From positions 1 to 61,992 of the forward strand of contig CAZEJU010000002.1 of assembly GCA_964512695.1 (NCBI GenBank): DNA of 61,992 bases, read 5' to 3'. This stretch comes from an uncultured Gammaproteobacteria bacterium. Its GTDB lineage: Bacteria; Patescibacteriota; Microgenomatia; Levybacterales; UBA12049. Below, piece after piece: positions 53,325 to 61,992 of this stretch. Position 1 is the first letter of the stretch. The number at the start of each line of letters is the position of its first letter. The notes beneath the pieces are model-generated. The model ran no database searches, was not told where the DNA came from, and worked only from the letters and a program-made list of their open reading frames with translations. The position numbers and the translations under genes are program-made.

Positions 53325-53546
53325 TCACTTTCCTTGTGGCGTATTAACGTTCACATCAACTTTATCTGGGACTTGTACTGATGGTGTACTTTGATTAAGT
53401 GACTGTGTCACCAATGGAAGTCCATAGAAAAAAAATAAAAGGAAAAAAGCGACAAGGAGAATAATTCCGAGAACAAATCCTAATCCGCTTCCGCTGTCAG
53501 TTGATGATGGTGTTGTATTTACAACTGTTGCCATATGTTTTATCAC
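53325..53546 (-). CDS. Small single-pass membrane protein, hypothetical
   Basis: 73 aa with one TM helix. The SD TAGGAGGTGAT lies 7 nt upstream of the ATG. Confidence 0.45.
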   Translation of the reverse strand: MIKHMATVVNTTPSSTDSGSGLGFVLGIILLVAFFLLFFFYGLPLVTQSLNQSTPSVQVPDKVDVNVNTPQGK

Positions 53547-53654
53547 CTCCTATCGTAATCTCAACTATAAGTTTTCCGGATAATAAACAAATGAAAATCA
53601 AGTAAGAAACACATAAGAATCCCATCCATAGCCTCAAACCAGTGGCAATTATTA

Positions 53655-53764
53655 AGTTATCAGAAATGGGTTGCTTGTTCTGTTAATCAGATTGTGAATA
53701 AAACTGGCAAACTGAAAACAGACGAACTATAATCTGAAAATTGAGAACAGAGAACAGATAACTA
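53655..53764. mobile_element. RPE/MITE-like element, intergenic copy upstream of truB
   Basis: The ends are AGTTATCAG ... GAACAGATAACT. The interior CTGAAAACAGACGAAC and GAGAACAGAGAACAG runs are related to the EndoQ and exonuclease copies. Confidence 0.55.
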
Positions 53765-53774
53765 GGTAACACAT

Positions 53775-54596
53775 ATGCGCTACATAATTCCGATCTATAA
53801 ACCATTGGGAATGACACCGTTTGAAGTTATAAATATATTTAAAGACCGTCGCCCCATATATAAAAACGAAACGATTAGTTACGCTGGCAGGCTTGACCCT
53901 ATGGCTGAAGGACTCCTTCTTTTACTCGTAGGTGATGAAAATAAGAAAAGGAAAAATTATGAGGATCTACAAAAAACCTATGAATTCCGCGTGCTTCTTG
54001 GAATAGAAACAGACACCTACGATATACTAGGGAAAATTGTCCATGTTCCAAGTTCCATTTTCCATTTAGATCAAGCTTTTAAAGAAAACCAAGTATTTAT
54101 GTCTTTGGAAAATGGAAAATTGCAAATGGAAAATCTCCTGCATTCTTTTACTGGTAAAAAAATGCAGGCCTACCCTCCCTACTCTTCAAAAACAGTCAGT
54201 GGCAAACCTCTGTACTGGTGGGCTCGCCAGAATCGTTTAGATGAGATCGAAACTCCGAGAAAAGAAATTGAAATATATTCGTTAGAGTTACTCGCTAAAG
54301 AAAAAATTATGATTCAAGAATTACGATTCCTTATTCAAGAAAGAATCAGTAAAGTTAATGGGGATTTTAGACAAAAAGAGATTCTCCGTGAATGGAATAA
54401 GTTCTTTAACGATATAACACTTAAACAGTATAACAATTTTCCTGTAATGCATTGCAGAGTAACGTGTTCAAGCGGGACCTATGTTCGTTCACTCTCGCAT
54501 GAGATAGGTAAACAATTAGGTGCTAGTGGAATCGCTTTACAAATCATCCGGACAAAAGTTGGAGAATATACAATCGAAGAAGCTTTCAGACTATAG
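53775..54596 (+). CDS. truB: tRNA pseudouridine(55) synthase
   Basis: YAGRLDPMAEGLLLLLVG (catalytic Asp) and the TruB core. There is a heptamer-encoded insert (LENGKLQMEN). Confidence 0.88.
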   Translation: MRYIIPIYKPLGMTPFEVINIFKDRRPIYKNETISYAGRLDPMAEGLLLLLVGDENKKRKNYEDLQKTYEFRVLLGIETDTYDILGKIVHVPSSIFHLDQAFKENQVFMSLENGKLQMENLLHSFTGKKMQAYPPYSSKTVSGKPLYWWARQNRLDEIETPRKEIEIYSLELLAKEKIMIQELRFLIQERISKVNGDFRQKEILREWNKFFNDITLKQYNNFPVMHCRVTCSSGTYVRSLSHEIGKQLGASGIALQIIRTKVGEYTIEEAFRL

Positions 54597-55019
54597 AATG
54601 TTTAAAGGCATCACATCATGCTGTATATCGTCAGCGAACTCAAATAAAACCCCTTCTTCTGTACCATTATTTTTAATGGCATGGGGAATAAAAGCTGGAA
54701 CAACAATCAGAAACAACTGTTCACCTTTACGCATGGCCAGATGCTGAACTCCCTTTTCACTTTGCCATATAAACTCTAAACCCTTACTAAGGCCGATAAA
54801 CAGCTCTTGTCTCGGATGTTTATGATTTCCAGCAACTTCACCGGGGGGTATAACGACAAGAGATTGTTGCTTTACAGTAAATGTTTCCGGCAAATGTACC
54901 GAAGTAATATCTATAACAAAAACCCCATTTTCTTTTTTATATGTCGGTTGAAATGGAATTTGTTGGACATCTGCCATACAGAGTATTGTATCATTTATAA
55001 TACATAGCATGGCCGACAT
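54591..55019 (-). CDS. Cupin domain protein
   Basis: G..AGNHKHP..ELF .... P..IPHAIKN, a two-motif cupin His pattern. Confidence 0.55.
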   Translation of the reverse strand: MSAMLCIINDTILCMADVQQIPFQPTYKKENGVFVIDITSVHLPETFTVKQQSLVVIPPGEVAGNHKHPRQELFIGLSKGLEFIWQSEKGVQHLAMRKGEQLFLIVVPAFIPHAIKNNGTEEGVLFEFADDIQHDVMPLNIL

Positions 55020-55344
55020 TATTTTTACAAATCATGCCCGAACACGTCTTCAAGAAAGAAAGCTCTTAGAAACTATGGCTCTGGAGACTATTCTGTACCC
55101 AGATTCATCAAACACTGGTAAAAAGACAGGTACGAAAGAATTCAAAAAACGCTTTGATGCCTCAACAGTAACAGTAATCGCTACCCAGAATAATCAACAA
55201 CAATGGGTTATCCTTTCATGCTGGATTGAGCCTCCATTTCCAGGTACAAAAGATTATGACCACCGCCAACGGTATCATGCATATAAAAAAGCAGGTTTCT
55301 GGAAAAAACTTTGGATAACGGTTAAGAATCAATTGGGATTTTGA
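55009..55344 (+). CDS. Hypothetical protein (DUF4258-like N-terminus)
   Basis: The start IIFTNHARTRLQERKL resembles DUF4258. This is weak. Confidence 0.3.
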   Translation: MADIIFTNHARTRLQERKLLETMALETILYPDSSNTGKKTGTKEFKKRFDASTVTVIATQNNQQQWVILSCWIEPPFPGTKDYDHRQRYHAYKKAGFWKKLWITVKNQLGF

Positions 55345-55598
55345 GTAGAACGTGAAACCTGTGAATGAAAAATATAAAATATTTACTATCAACTCTTTCT
55401 GATTCTCTTTCTAAAAAGGTTTTTTTAGAAAGACGTTAAACTTTCTATACCTCCAAGATTCAATAATAGAGTTATAGCAAGCACGATAGGAATTCTTACT
55501 CTTAGCAAGATCCGTATCCTCTTAGTCATCCTTCTCATTGTGATAAATCGCTCTGTGTGTAAAGTTGCCTATATGACGGCTATGATATACTGCATGTA

Positions 55599-56153
55599 AT
55601 GGAAACAGCAACGTTTGGAGGAGGATGTTTCTGGTGTACGGAAGCAGTTTTTAAAAGATTAAGAGGTGTTAAAGAAGTAGTATCAGGATATAGTGGAGGT
55701 AATCGACCAGCTGGAGGGAAAAAACCTTCTTATGAACAGGTCTCGACAGGAATCACCGGACATGCGGAAGCTGTGCAGATAACGTTTGATCCTTCAGTCA
55801 TTTCTTTTAGCAAACTTCTTGACGTTTTTTTCGCTACACATGACCCAACCACCATGAATCAACAAGGTGCGGATATCGGGACACAGTACCGTTCTGTCAT
55901 CTTTTATCACACTTCCGGACAACACCAAGAAGCAATCGCAACGATTAAAGAACTTGAAGAGAAACAAGTATTTACTAATAAAATAGTTACGCAGCTTCTT
56001 CCCTTTCAAACATTTTACACAGCAGAAGAGTACCATCAAAACTATTTTGATACAAACCCGTTACAGCCTTACTGTCAAATCGTAATCACTCCCAAAATAA
56101 GAAAGTTGTTAGAAAAATATGGAAATGATGTAAAAGACGAATACAAAGCTTGA
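55599..56153 (+). CDS. msrA: Peptide-methionine (S)-S-oxide reductase
   Basis: ATFGGGCFWC active site and GHAEAVQI..DP. Confidence 0.93.
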   Translation: METATFGGGCFWCTEAVFKRLRGVKEVVSGYSGGNRPAGGKKPSYEQVSTGITGHAEAVQITFDPSVISFSKLLDVFFATHDPTTMNQQGADIGTQYRSVIFYHTSGQHQEAIATIKELEEKQVFTNKIVTQLLPFQTFYTAEEYHQNYFDTNPLQPYCQIVITPKIRKLLEKYGNDVKDEYKA

Positions 56154-56189
56154 CATCATTTATAAAATGTAGGACACTAGATCTAGAAA

Positions 56190-56262
56190 TAAAGCGTGAA
56201 GCGTAAAGCCTGAAACTCTATAGTATGTACTAAGTTTTACGTTTCAAGTTTTACGTTTTACG
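56190..56262. repeat. Inverted pair of GCGTAAA-family heptamer runs (hairpin) after msrA
   Basis: aaagcgtgaagcgtaaagcctgaaactc ... agttttacgtttcaagttttacgttttacg. Confidence 0.8.
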
Positions 56263-56265
56263 ACT

Positions 56266-58383
56266 ATGTTTGCCCGACTCTCGAAAACACTATTTCTTTC
56301 ACTCTTCTTTGCTATTCTTTTAGCAGCCTTTCCTCTGCAGTCATTCGCACAATCACCACATTATGGAGGGGTTGTTGACTCTAACGTACCTGAAAATACG
56401 CATACGAAAACACAAATTATGATGATTGAAACGATGAGCGCTCTTCTCTGTCAACTCATCGGCATAGATCCACTTGATCCTAAAGGTGCATGTTTATCAA
56501 TTAATCCTGAAACACAAAAAATAGGGTATGTCACCTATCCTGACCAAGATCCAGAACAACCCCGTAGAGCAGGTGGCTTATTAGGATTTGTTACAACAAT
56601 GATCGGGGCCTCGTATCAGTTACCAGTTAAAACGAGCGACTATACATCATATCTCGCTTCAAGTTTCGGATTGGTAAAGAAAGTTTATGGACAAAATGCA
56701 GAACAAAGAACAGGCTCAGGCTTCCAAAGCCTTGGCTTTACCTTACCTTTATGGACGAAGATACGAAATGTAACATACCTTCTCTTTACTTTTCTATTCA
56801 TAATAGTCGGCGTAGCAGTCATGCTTCGCATTAAACTCGACGCGAGGACTGCGATGACCATTCAAAACCAAATTCCGAAAATCATTATTACGCTTCTTCT
56901 CGTCACGTTTTCGTATGCTATAGCAGGATTCCTTGTGGATATGATGTGGGTCGGAACATATCTCGGTATTAATATTATCGCGACTGACCAACCGTGTACT
57001 GGAGGAAACGGGGCTGATGGACTCGTTCGAGTAGCTACAAGAGAACTATTAACAAATCCTATTAACTATGTCACTAATATTCTTGGCGAGGGCTGGTGTA
57101 GAACGAATCAGAGGGATGCAAGTCTTATGCCAATAGTTCAACTCTCTTGGGAAGTAGGGAACTATATAGGCGGAGTTGCCACGAATATTCTCTTCGGCGC
57201 TTTAGGAGCAGATGAAATCGGTGGAAGTACCAGCTGTGGATTAAATCCTTCCACATGGGGTTTCTGTATTCAAGGAGCCTGGTTCCATGTTATTCGCTGG
57301 TTCATTGGCCTTTTAGGAACACTTATTATCGTAATTGCTATAATTGCGCAGTTATTTAGAGTCTGGTTTCAACTTATCAAAGCATATATCTATGTCGTTC
57401 TTTATACCGTTATGGCTCCTATTTGGATAGCGATACCCCTCATTCCTGGTGTAAATAGCTTCGGATTTAAAGACTGGTTATTTCATATGTTATTCGCGCT
57501 TAGTGTTTATCCAGTTACCATCTTTCTTTTCGTAATCGCTGTGGTATTAGCAAACGATCCCGCAATTAACAGTGCTAGTGCCGATACGAGTGGCGCTTTC
57601 GTTCCTCCGCTAGTCGGAAATCCAAATATCGCTAATAACATCGGCTTTATCTTAGTTTTATCTATTATTTTAATAACTCCCGAAGTGGTGAACATGATGC
57701 GCGGTGTCTTCAAAACGCAACCAAGTAAATACGCAGGTGCCATATATGCAGCCATGGGAGCAGGTTCGGCAAATGCAGGTAAACCACTCAGCGCAACATG
57801 GGGTGCGCTTAATTCCCGAGATAACCAAGGAAATGCACGTGGACCTTGGGCTTATGCTCAAGATCTCACTATAGGGAGAAAAACTAAAGAGTGGGGTGAA
57901 GCACTTCAGAAAAAAGCCCCGGGACTAATGAAACGATGGGAGAATGCTGATAACCCAATAGTAACTGGTATTAAAAACGCATATGAAGAAAGGTATGGCA
58001 AAGTACTTCAAACAGAAGATGAACGTCAAGCAATTACGAAATTCCGTAACGAGTATCGGGCCAAGCAAACTCCTGGCGCAAAAGATGAGTCGCCAGCACA
58101 ACCTCCTACATCTCAGCAGCAAAGAAATCTGGGAGATCAACAAAGAGAAGAAGCAGAAGGAACAGCTGGGCTAACTGCACAAGATATTGAACAAGCAGTA
58201 GAACGAGGAGCAGAAGCTGGTACGCAGAGAGGAGCGGAAGCTGCTCAAAGAGAACAAGACCAAGCAAACCAAACAGTACAACCACCTACGACACGAGTCG
58301 ATATAAACATTCCAGAGAACGCCGATGCCGAGGTAACTAATGGTGATGAAGAATCTAGTAACCAAGGTGGAAGAACTACATAG
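56266..58383 (+). CDS. Large polytopic membrane protein with a signal peptide and a disordered Gln/Glu/Ala-rich C-terminal tail (possibly TrbL/VirB6-like)
   Basis: 705 aa with a signal peptide (..LQSFAQS), at least 7 TM helices, and a ~200-aa low-complexity tail. The VirB6-like idea comes from topology only. Confidence 0.5.
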   Translation: MFARLSKTLFLSLFFAILLAAFPLQSFAQSPHYGGVVDSNVPENTHTKTQIMMIETMSALLCQLIGIDPLDPKGACLSINPETQKIGYVTYPDQDPEQPRRAGGLLGFVTTMIGASYQLPVKTSDYTSYLASSFGLVKKVYGQNAEQRTGSGFQSLGFTLPLWTKIRNVTYLLFTFLFIIVGVAVMLRIKLDARTAMTIQNQIPKIIITLLLVTFSYAIAGFLVDMMWVGTYLGINIIATDQPCTGGNGADGLVRVATRELLTNPINYVTNILGEGWCRTNQRDASLMPIVQLSWEVGNYIGGVATNILFGALGADEIGGSTSCGLNPSTWGFCIQGAWFHVIRWFIGLLGTLIIVIAIIAQLFRVWFQLIKAYIYVVLYTVMAPIWIAIPLIPGVNSFGFKDWLFHMLFALSVYPVTIFLFVIAVVLANDPAINSASADTSGAFVPPLVGNPNIANNIGFILVLSIILITPEVVNMMRGVFKTQPSKYAGAIYAAMGAGSANAGKPLSATWGALNSRDNQGNARGPWAYAQDLTIGRKTKEWGEALQKKAPGLMKRWENADNPIVTGIKNAYEERYGKVLQTEDERQAITKFRNEYRAKQTPGAKDESPAQPPTSQQQRNLGDQQREEAEGTAGLTAQDIEQAVERGAEAGTQRGAEAAQREQDQANQTVQPPTTRVDINIPENADAEVTNGDEESSNQGGRTT

Positions 58384-58463
58384 CTTCGATTAGTATTCTT
58401 AATTTGCGTACTTGAAGGTGATATTAATAAAGAAAACAACTCATTACTGGCTATTCTTCCATG

Positions 58464-61400
58464 CTATTTTAATCCCACATCTTGTATAGCGTATTTAAAT
58501 ATTCCGCTCCCCATATCCAGCAAACCCTTTCCGAACCCTTTAAAAAGAGAACCTCCCACAGCTTTCCCATACTGCCACTCGACAGTGGTGTTCGACATTT
58601 TACGAATGTCGTTTATATCCCTATCTGACAAAGCACGGTTCTCTTTACTCGTATCTGCGCGTGAACCTTTCATATCAGTCTCATCGCCTAGTATCCCTCC
58701 AGGAAGATGCTCCAGTGCTCGATAAATATTTTCATAATAAATAAAGTCATATCGAGGATCTGCGCTATGTAAGTCTATATGTGAGTAGATCTCTGCCGCA
58801 ATACGCACTTTTAACATTTGACGAATTAACTGATCTCGGTTATTTTCAACCTCTTTTGCGCTGAATTTTCCTTTTATTCTCCATGTCTCTTCCCAGCCCC
58901 CATCTTTACCTCTAGTTTTCATTTTTACAGCACCCTGCGATTCTGCCCAAGCTCCATATGCAACTTGTTTAAGCTTAAATTGGTGTACATCCGTTTCCCA
59001 TTTCGCTACATCTTCACGATACTTTTGCCATCGAGCTTCATAATTAGGATCACCTATTGGCGTTTTCGGTTCTTCAGGCTTTTCAGGCTCCATTCCAGGA
59101 GGCTTCATGTCTGGACTTTCTGGTTGTTCCCAGAACTCCGGACAATCAAGCATCTCTTTTCCGAACATAGCTTCTGCCAGAGACATCTGGGTCCACTCTA
59201 CTGCTCCTTCCTTTCCGACGCTAACGCGAACGATCTGATCGAAGTTGATTTGCTTCCACGTTCTCAAAAAATAACGCATGGGCTTTACAAACTTCTCCTG
59301 TACTGCTGACTGGAACTTTCCCCTTTCGAAAGTAACACCTTTTACAGCATCTACGCGAGTAAATGTCTCGAGTTTTATTTCCTCAGCATCGACTAACTGC
59401 TGAAAAATATTCATGCCTCTCTGAAAATGGTCAAATGCCCATTGTCTCAAGGTTTGCTCAGGAAAAATAAGCTTCCCGGCTATACCGTTTATCCGAAGAG
59501 ATACCTCTGCTAACGCCTCATCTAACTCTTTCTGCGCTGCCTCAACAGCTAACTGTTTATTTGCCTCGAGAACTTCCGATGCTTCTCTCTCTGCTTGCGT
59601 TGAAGATTCTTCCATCACCTTTTTATTCTTTTCTTCTAATACTTTCTTCTCTGCTTTTTCTATGGCATCTTGTTGCTTCTCCCAGTCTTCATGCATTTTG
59701 TAGAAAAGCCAGAGGGGAACTACTCCTTCGACAGTTTCCACGCCTGTCCATACATCAGTAACTAATCGTTTCATCTGATGAACAGTGTATGGATTTCCGA
59801 AAGCACCCATATAATCTCCTCCTGCTTGCTTCATACGGTATGTTCGTGTATGGAACAACTTCGCGCCGGAATCATACCCAGCAGCTCCGTGATTATTTCG
59901 CGCACCTGCTAACGTCCAGCGAACCATAGAGAAAGCGAAATTTTCTGCATAGCTTGCGTTTGTCACATCGACAATCGGTTGTCCATCAGCGTTTGTCTTA
60001 GTCACGCCATTATCGCTCTCATATAATCGATATTTCCTAGCGATATCACTTTGAATCGCTTTGCGAAGAACATCAGTTTTCTTACGCGAGATAGTCGGTG
60101 CTGAAAAGATATTCATGACTTTCACCCACTGATGCTCATCTACAGTACCACCTGCTCCAGAGAAAATAGTGTCTAATTCTTTTTCCGAGACTACTAGCGA
60201 GCGCTCCTGACTTCTTTCTTTCGCTAACGCATCAATACGAGACTTTTTGGCTTTACCGGATTCTGAAGCTTTTTCGGCATCTGAAAGAGCAGCATATGCT
60301 GTTTGTAATTCATCCAACTCCACTCTCTTTTCTTTAGAAAAGTCTGAGGCATCATCTATAATACCCTCAAGTTTCTTTCTATTAAAAATAGTGGCGTCTT
60401 CCCCTAATATTTTTTTAAGCTCAGCTAAATCTGTAAGGTTATAATATGCGAGATACGCTGCGTTAATTGCTAACCCTACACGCCTATCGTGAGCATCTGT
60501 CTTCTCGAATTTTGAACCTTCTTGCCAGGATTTATTAAAATCATTATCCTGAGTTAATACCCAGTAGAGCGTACTTTTACCAAATGACGTTTTCGAAAAT
60601 GTATTCGATGTAAAAATACGCTGGAGTGTCTCCACGAGCTTATCTTCATTTCCCATATTTAGGCGGTATTCGATATCATATGCGCGTGAAGCTCCGAATA
60701 ACCATGTTTCCCGCTGCAATTCATCTTCTAAATCGCCGTGTTTCGTTTTTATTTTTCCAACCATTTCCTGAAGCTTCTGCAATCGTTGATTCGGTGTGAG
60801 CTGAGATATAAGCGATTCAACACTACGTCCTTGTAATTGCTCTGTAGTTAGCTTAAGGTCTTCTTTATAGTATCGCTTAAAAGCTTCTAGGCCGATTTTT
60901 GCTTCTACTTCCTTCTCTAAATTTCTTATCCTTATTACTTGCTCTTCTTGACTTTGTTGGTAATCTGGAGACTGTCTGTCTGTTGATTGTAAAACTCTAC
61001 CTTCTAACGTTGCCAATCTACTTCGTATATCTTGTATGTCATCTAACCAACCACGCTTCTGTCCCTCTTTTCTCGCGCTCGTAAGATAGATTTCAGGATG
61101 TTCAAACATCTCAGCAAGGCTTATAGTACGTAAATTCTTAGGTATTTGTACTACTTTACCAAAATCATGCGCAGTGTCAGGAGATAAACCTACGAAATGA
61201 AGCATTCGCTTTCGAACCCAGCGAATCATATTTGCTTCATTTACCCGAATTTGGTTTTCTGGATTATATATCTCTCGCTCAGATGTTACACGTATCGTGT
61301 ATTTTCCGTTTTTATCCTTCTTATATACCTCAAGCACTGGAAAAGCTCCCAGCATTCCGAAACCTTCCTGATCACTTAAACCTACCTGCCATGCTACATC

Positions 61401-61988
61401 TTCAATATTTGCGGGAATATCCTGCTGAAAAAGCCTCTCTTCAGCAGCTGATATTTGGGATCTTATAGAACTATCGAAATCTGAATCTAGCTTTTCTTGT
61501 GTTCTATCTATAGATCTTTCCACTTTTACTACTAAATTTCTAAAAACACCATCGCGTACACCATTTGTAGTCTTCCATAACGTTAGTAAGCTCTCTCTCT
61601 GTTGAAGACTTATATCTTTCATCTGATCACTTGTAAGAAATGCTCGAAGATCAAATGCTAAACGAGCTTCATCCTCTGAAGTAAACGCTGCAGCAAGATC
61701 TTTATTAGCATCATCAACCCTCGTTGTCGCATTGCGAATGAGAGTTTCTAGTTCATCTTTATCTATATTAATTCTTTTGCTTGAAAGATGCAGAAGCATC
61801 CCCTCAGTTATTTTACTTTGTATTTGCTGTCTTTTTGATGTTTGTTGGCTACGTTCATCTCGCTTATCTTTTATTTGTCTTCTAAGTTCTCTCTTACGGG
61901 CTTTTTCTGCAGGAGTTAGCTGGTCTTCAGTTTTTACTTCGAGTGGAGCAACGTCTGCTTCAAGTTTACGCACCTGTGCTTCCAGCAA
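58464..61988 (-). CDS. Giant hypothetical protein, C-terminal 1174 aa (N-terminus lies beyond the window)
   Basis: The open frame is uninterrupted to the window edge. It is coiled-coil rich and acidic, with no TM helix in the visible part and no recognisable catalytic motif. Confidence 0.6.
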   Translation of the reverse strand: MLEAQVRKLEADVAPLEVKTEDQLTPAEKARKRELRRQIKDKRDERSQQTSKRQQIQSKITEGMLLHLSSKRINIDKDELETLIRNATTRVDDANKDLAAAFTSEDEARLAFDLRAFLTSDQMKDISLQQRESLLTLWKTTNGVRDGVFRNLVVKVERSIDRTQEKLDSDFDSSIRSQISAAEERLFQQDIPANIEDVAWQVGLSDQEGFGMLGAFPVLEVYKKDKNGKYTIRVTSEREIYNPENQIRVNEANMIRWVRKRMLHFVGLSPDTAHDFGKVVQIPKNLRTISLAEMFEHPEIYLTSARKEGQKRGWLDDIQDIRSRLATLEGRVLQSTDRQSPDYQQSQEEQVIRIRNLEKEVEAKIGLEAFKRYYKEDLKLTTEQLQGRSVESLISQLTPNQRLQKLQEMVGKIKTKHGDLEDELQRETWLFGASRAYDIEYRLNMGNEDKLVETLQRIFTSNTFSKTSFGKSTLYWVLTQDNDFNKSWQEGSKFEKTDAHDRRVGLAINAAYLAYYNLTDLAELKKILGEDATIFNRKKLEGIIDDASDFSKEKRVELDELQTAYAALSDAEKASESGKAKKSRIDALAKERSQERSLVVSEKELDTIFSGAGGTVDEHQWVKVMNIFSAPTISRKKTDVLRKAIQSDIARKYRLYESDNGVTKTNADGQPIVDVTNASYAENFAFSMVRWTLAGARNNHGAAGYDSGAKLFHTRTYRMKQAGGDYMGAFGNPYTVHQMKRLVTDVWTGVETVEGVVPLWLFYKMHEDWEKQQDAIEKAEKKVLEEKNKKVMEESSTQAEREASEVLEANKQLAVEAAQKELDEALAEVSLRINGIAGKLIFPEQTLRQWAFDHFQRGMNIFQQLVDAEEIKLETFTRVDAVKGVTFERGKFQSAVQEKFVKPMRYFLRTWKQINFDQIVRVSVGKEGAVEWTQMSLAEAMFGKEMLDCPEFWEQPESPDMKPPGMEPEKPEEPKTPIGDPNYEARWQKYREDVAKWETDVHQFKLKQVAYGAWAESQGAVKMKTRGKDGGWEETWRIKGKFSAKEVENNRDQLIRQMLKVRIAAEIYSHIDLHSADPRYDFIYYENIYRALEHLPGGILGDETDMKGSRADTSKENRALSDRDINDIRKMSNTTVEWQYGKAVGGSLFKGFGKGLLDMGSGIFKYAIQDVGLK

Positions 61989-61992
61989 TCTT

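Overview
This is a low-GC, gene-dense window, mostly minus-strand, that reads like a Candidate Phyla Radiation / Patescibacteria (Microgenomates-like) chromosome segment. That placement is an inference from composition, small housekeeping genes and several archaeal-type enzymes. Content, left to right: the 5' ~1 kb of a 23S rRNA preceded only by tRNA-Ala (no 16S); two large secreted proteins sharing a C-terminal dockerin-like module; trxB-trxA; a copper/zinc homeostasis supercluster (copZ, cupredoxin-fused membrane protein, copA, DUF305, csoR, DsbA-like, ZIP, zur, YibE/F); many DNA-repair genes (ATL, EndoQ, ATP-dependent ligase, recF, fpg, 5'-3' exonuclease, mutY-like); housekeeping genes (pth, pyrH, ftsH, trpS, tgt, murD, murI, truB, msrA); a Fic gene flanked by two Avd-like four-helix-bundle genes; and a polytopic membrane protein convergent with a truncated giant ORF (>1174 aa). 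The most unusual signal is not a gene. The window is saturated with families of 7-nt-period micro-repeats. Between genes they sit as inverted pairs (long imperfect hairpins). Inside conserved genes they sit as in-frame blocks (CopA, ligase, Fpg, GT4, TruB, Nnr, Fic, MurI). A ~110-130 nt palindromic element with terminal inverted repeats is inserted in the same frame in EndoQ and in the 5'-3' exonuclease, with a third intergenic copy, reminiscent of Rickettsia palindromic elements. Other points: an orphan ~290-nt structured RNA with its own consensus promoter and terminator; two GC-rich ORFan islets; an apparently circularly permuted DsbA domain; a frameshifted Avd-like gene; and leaderless divergent promoters with a CsoR-type operator. 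No CRISPR array, integrase, transposase or reverse transcriptase was seen.
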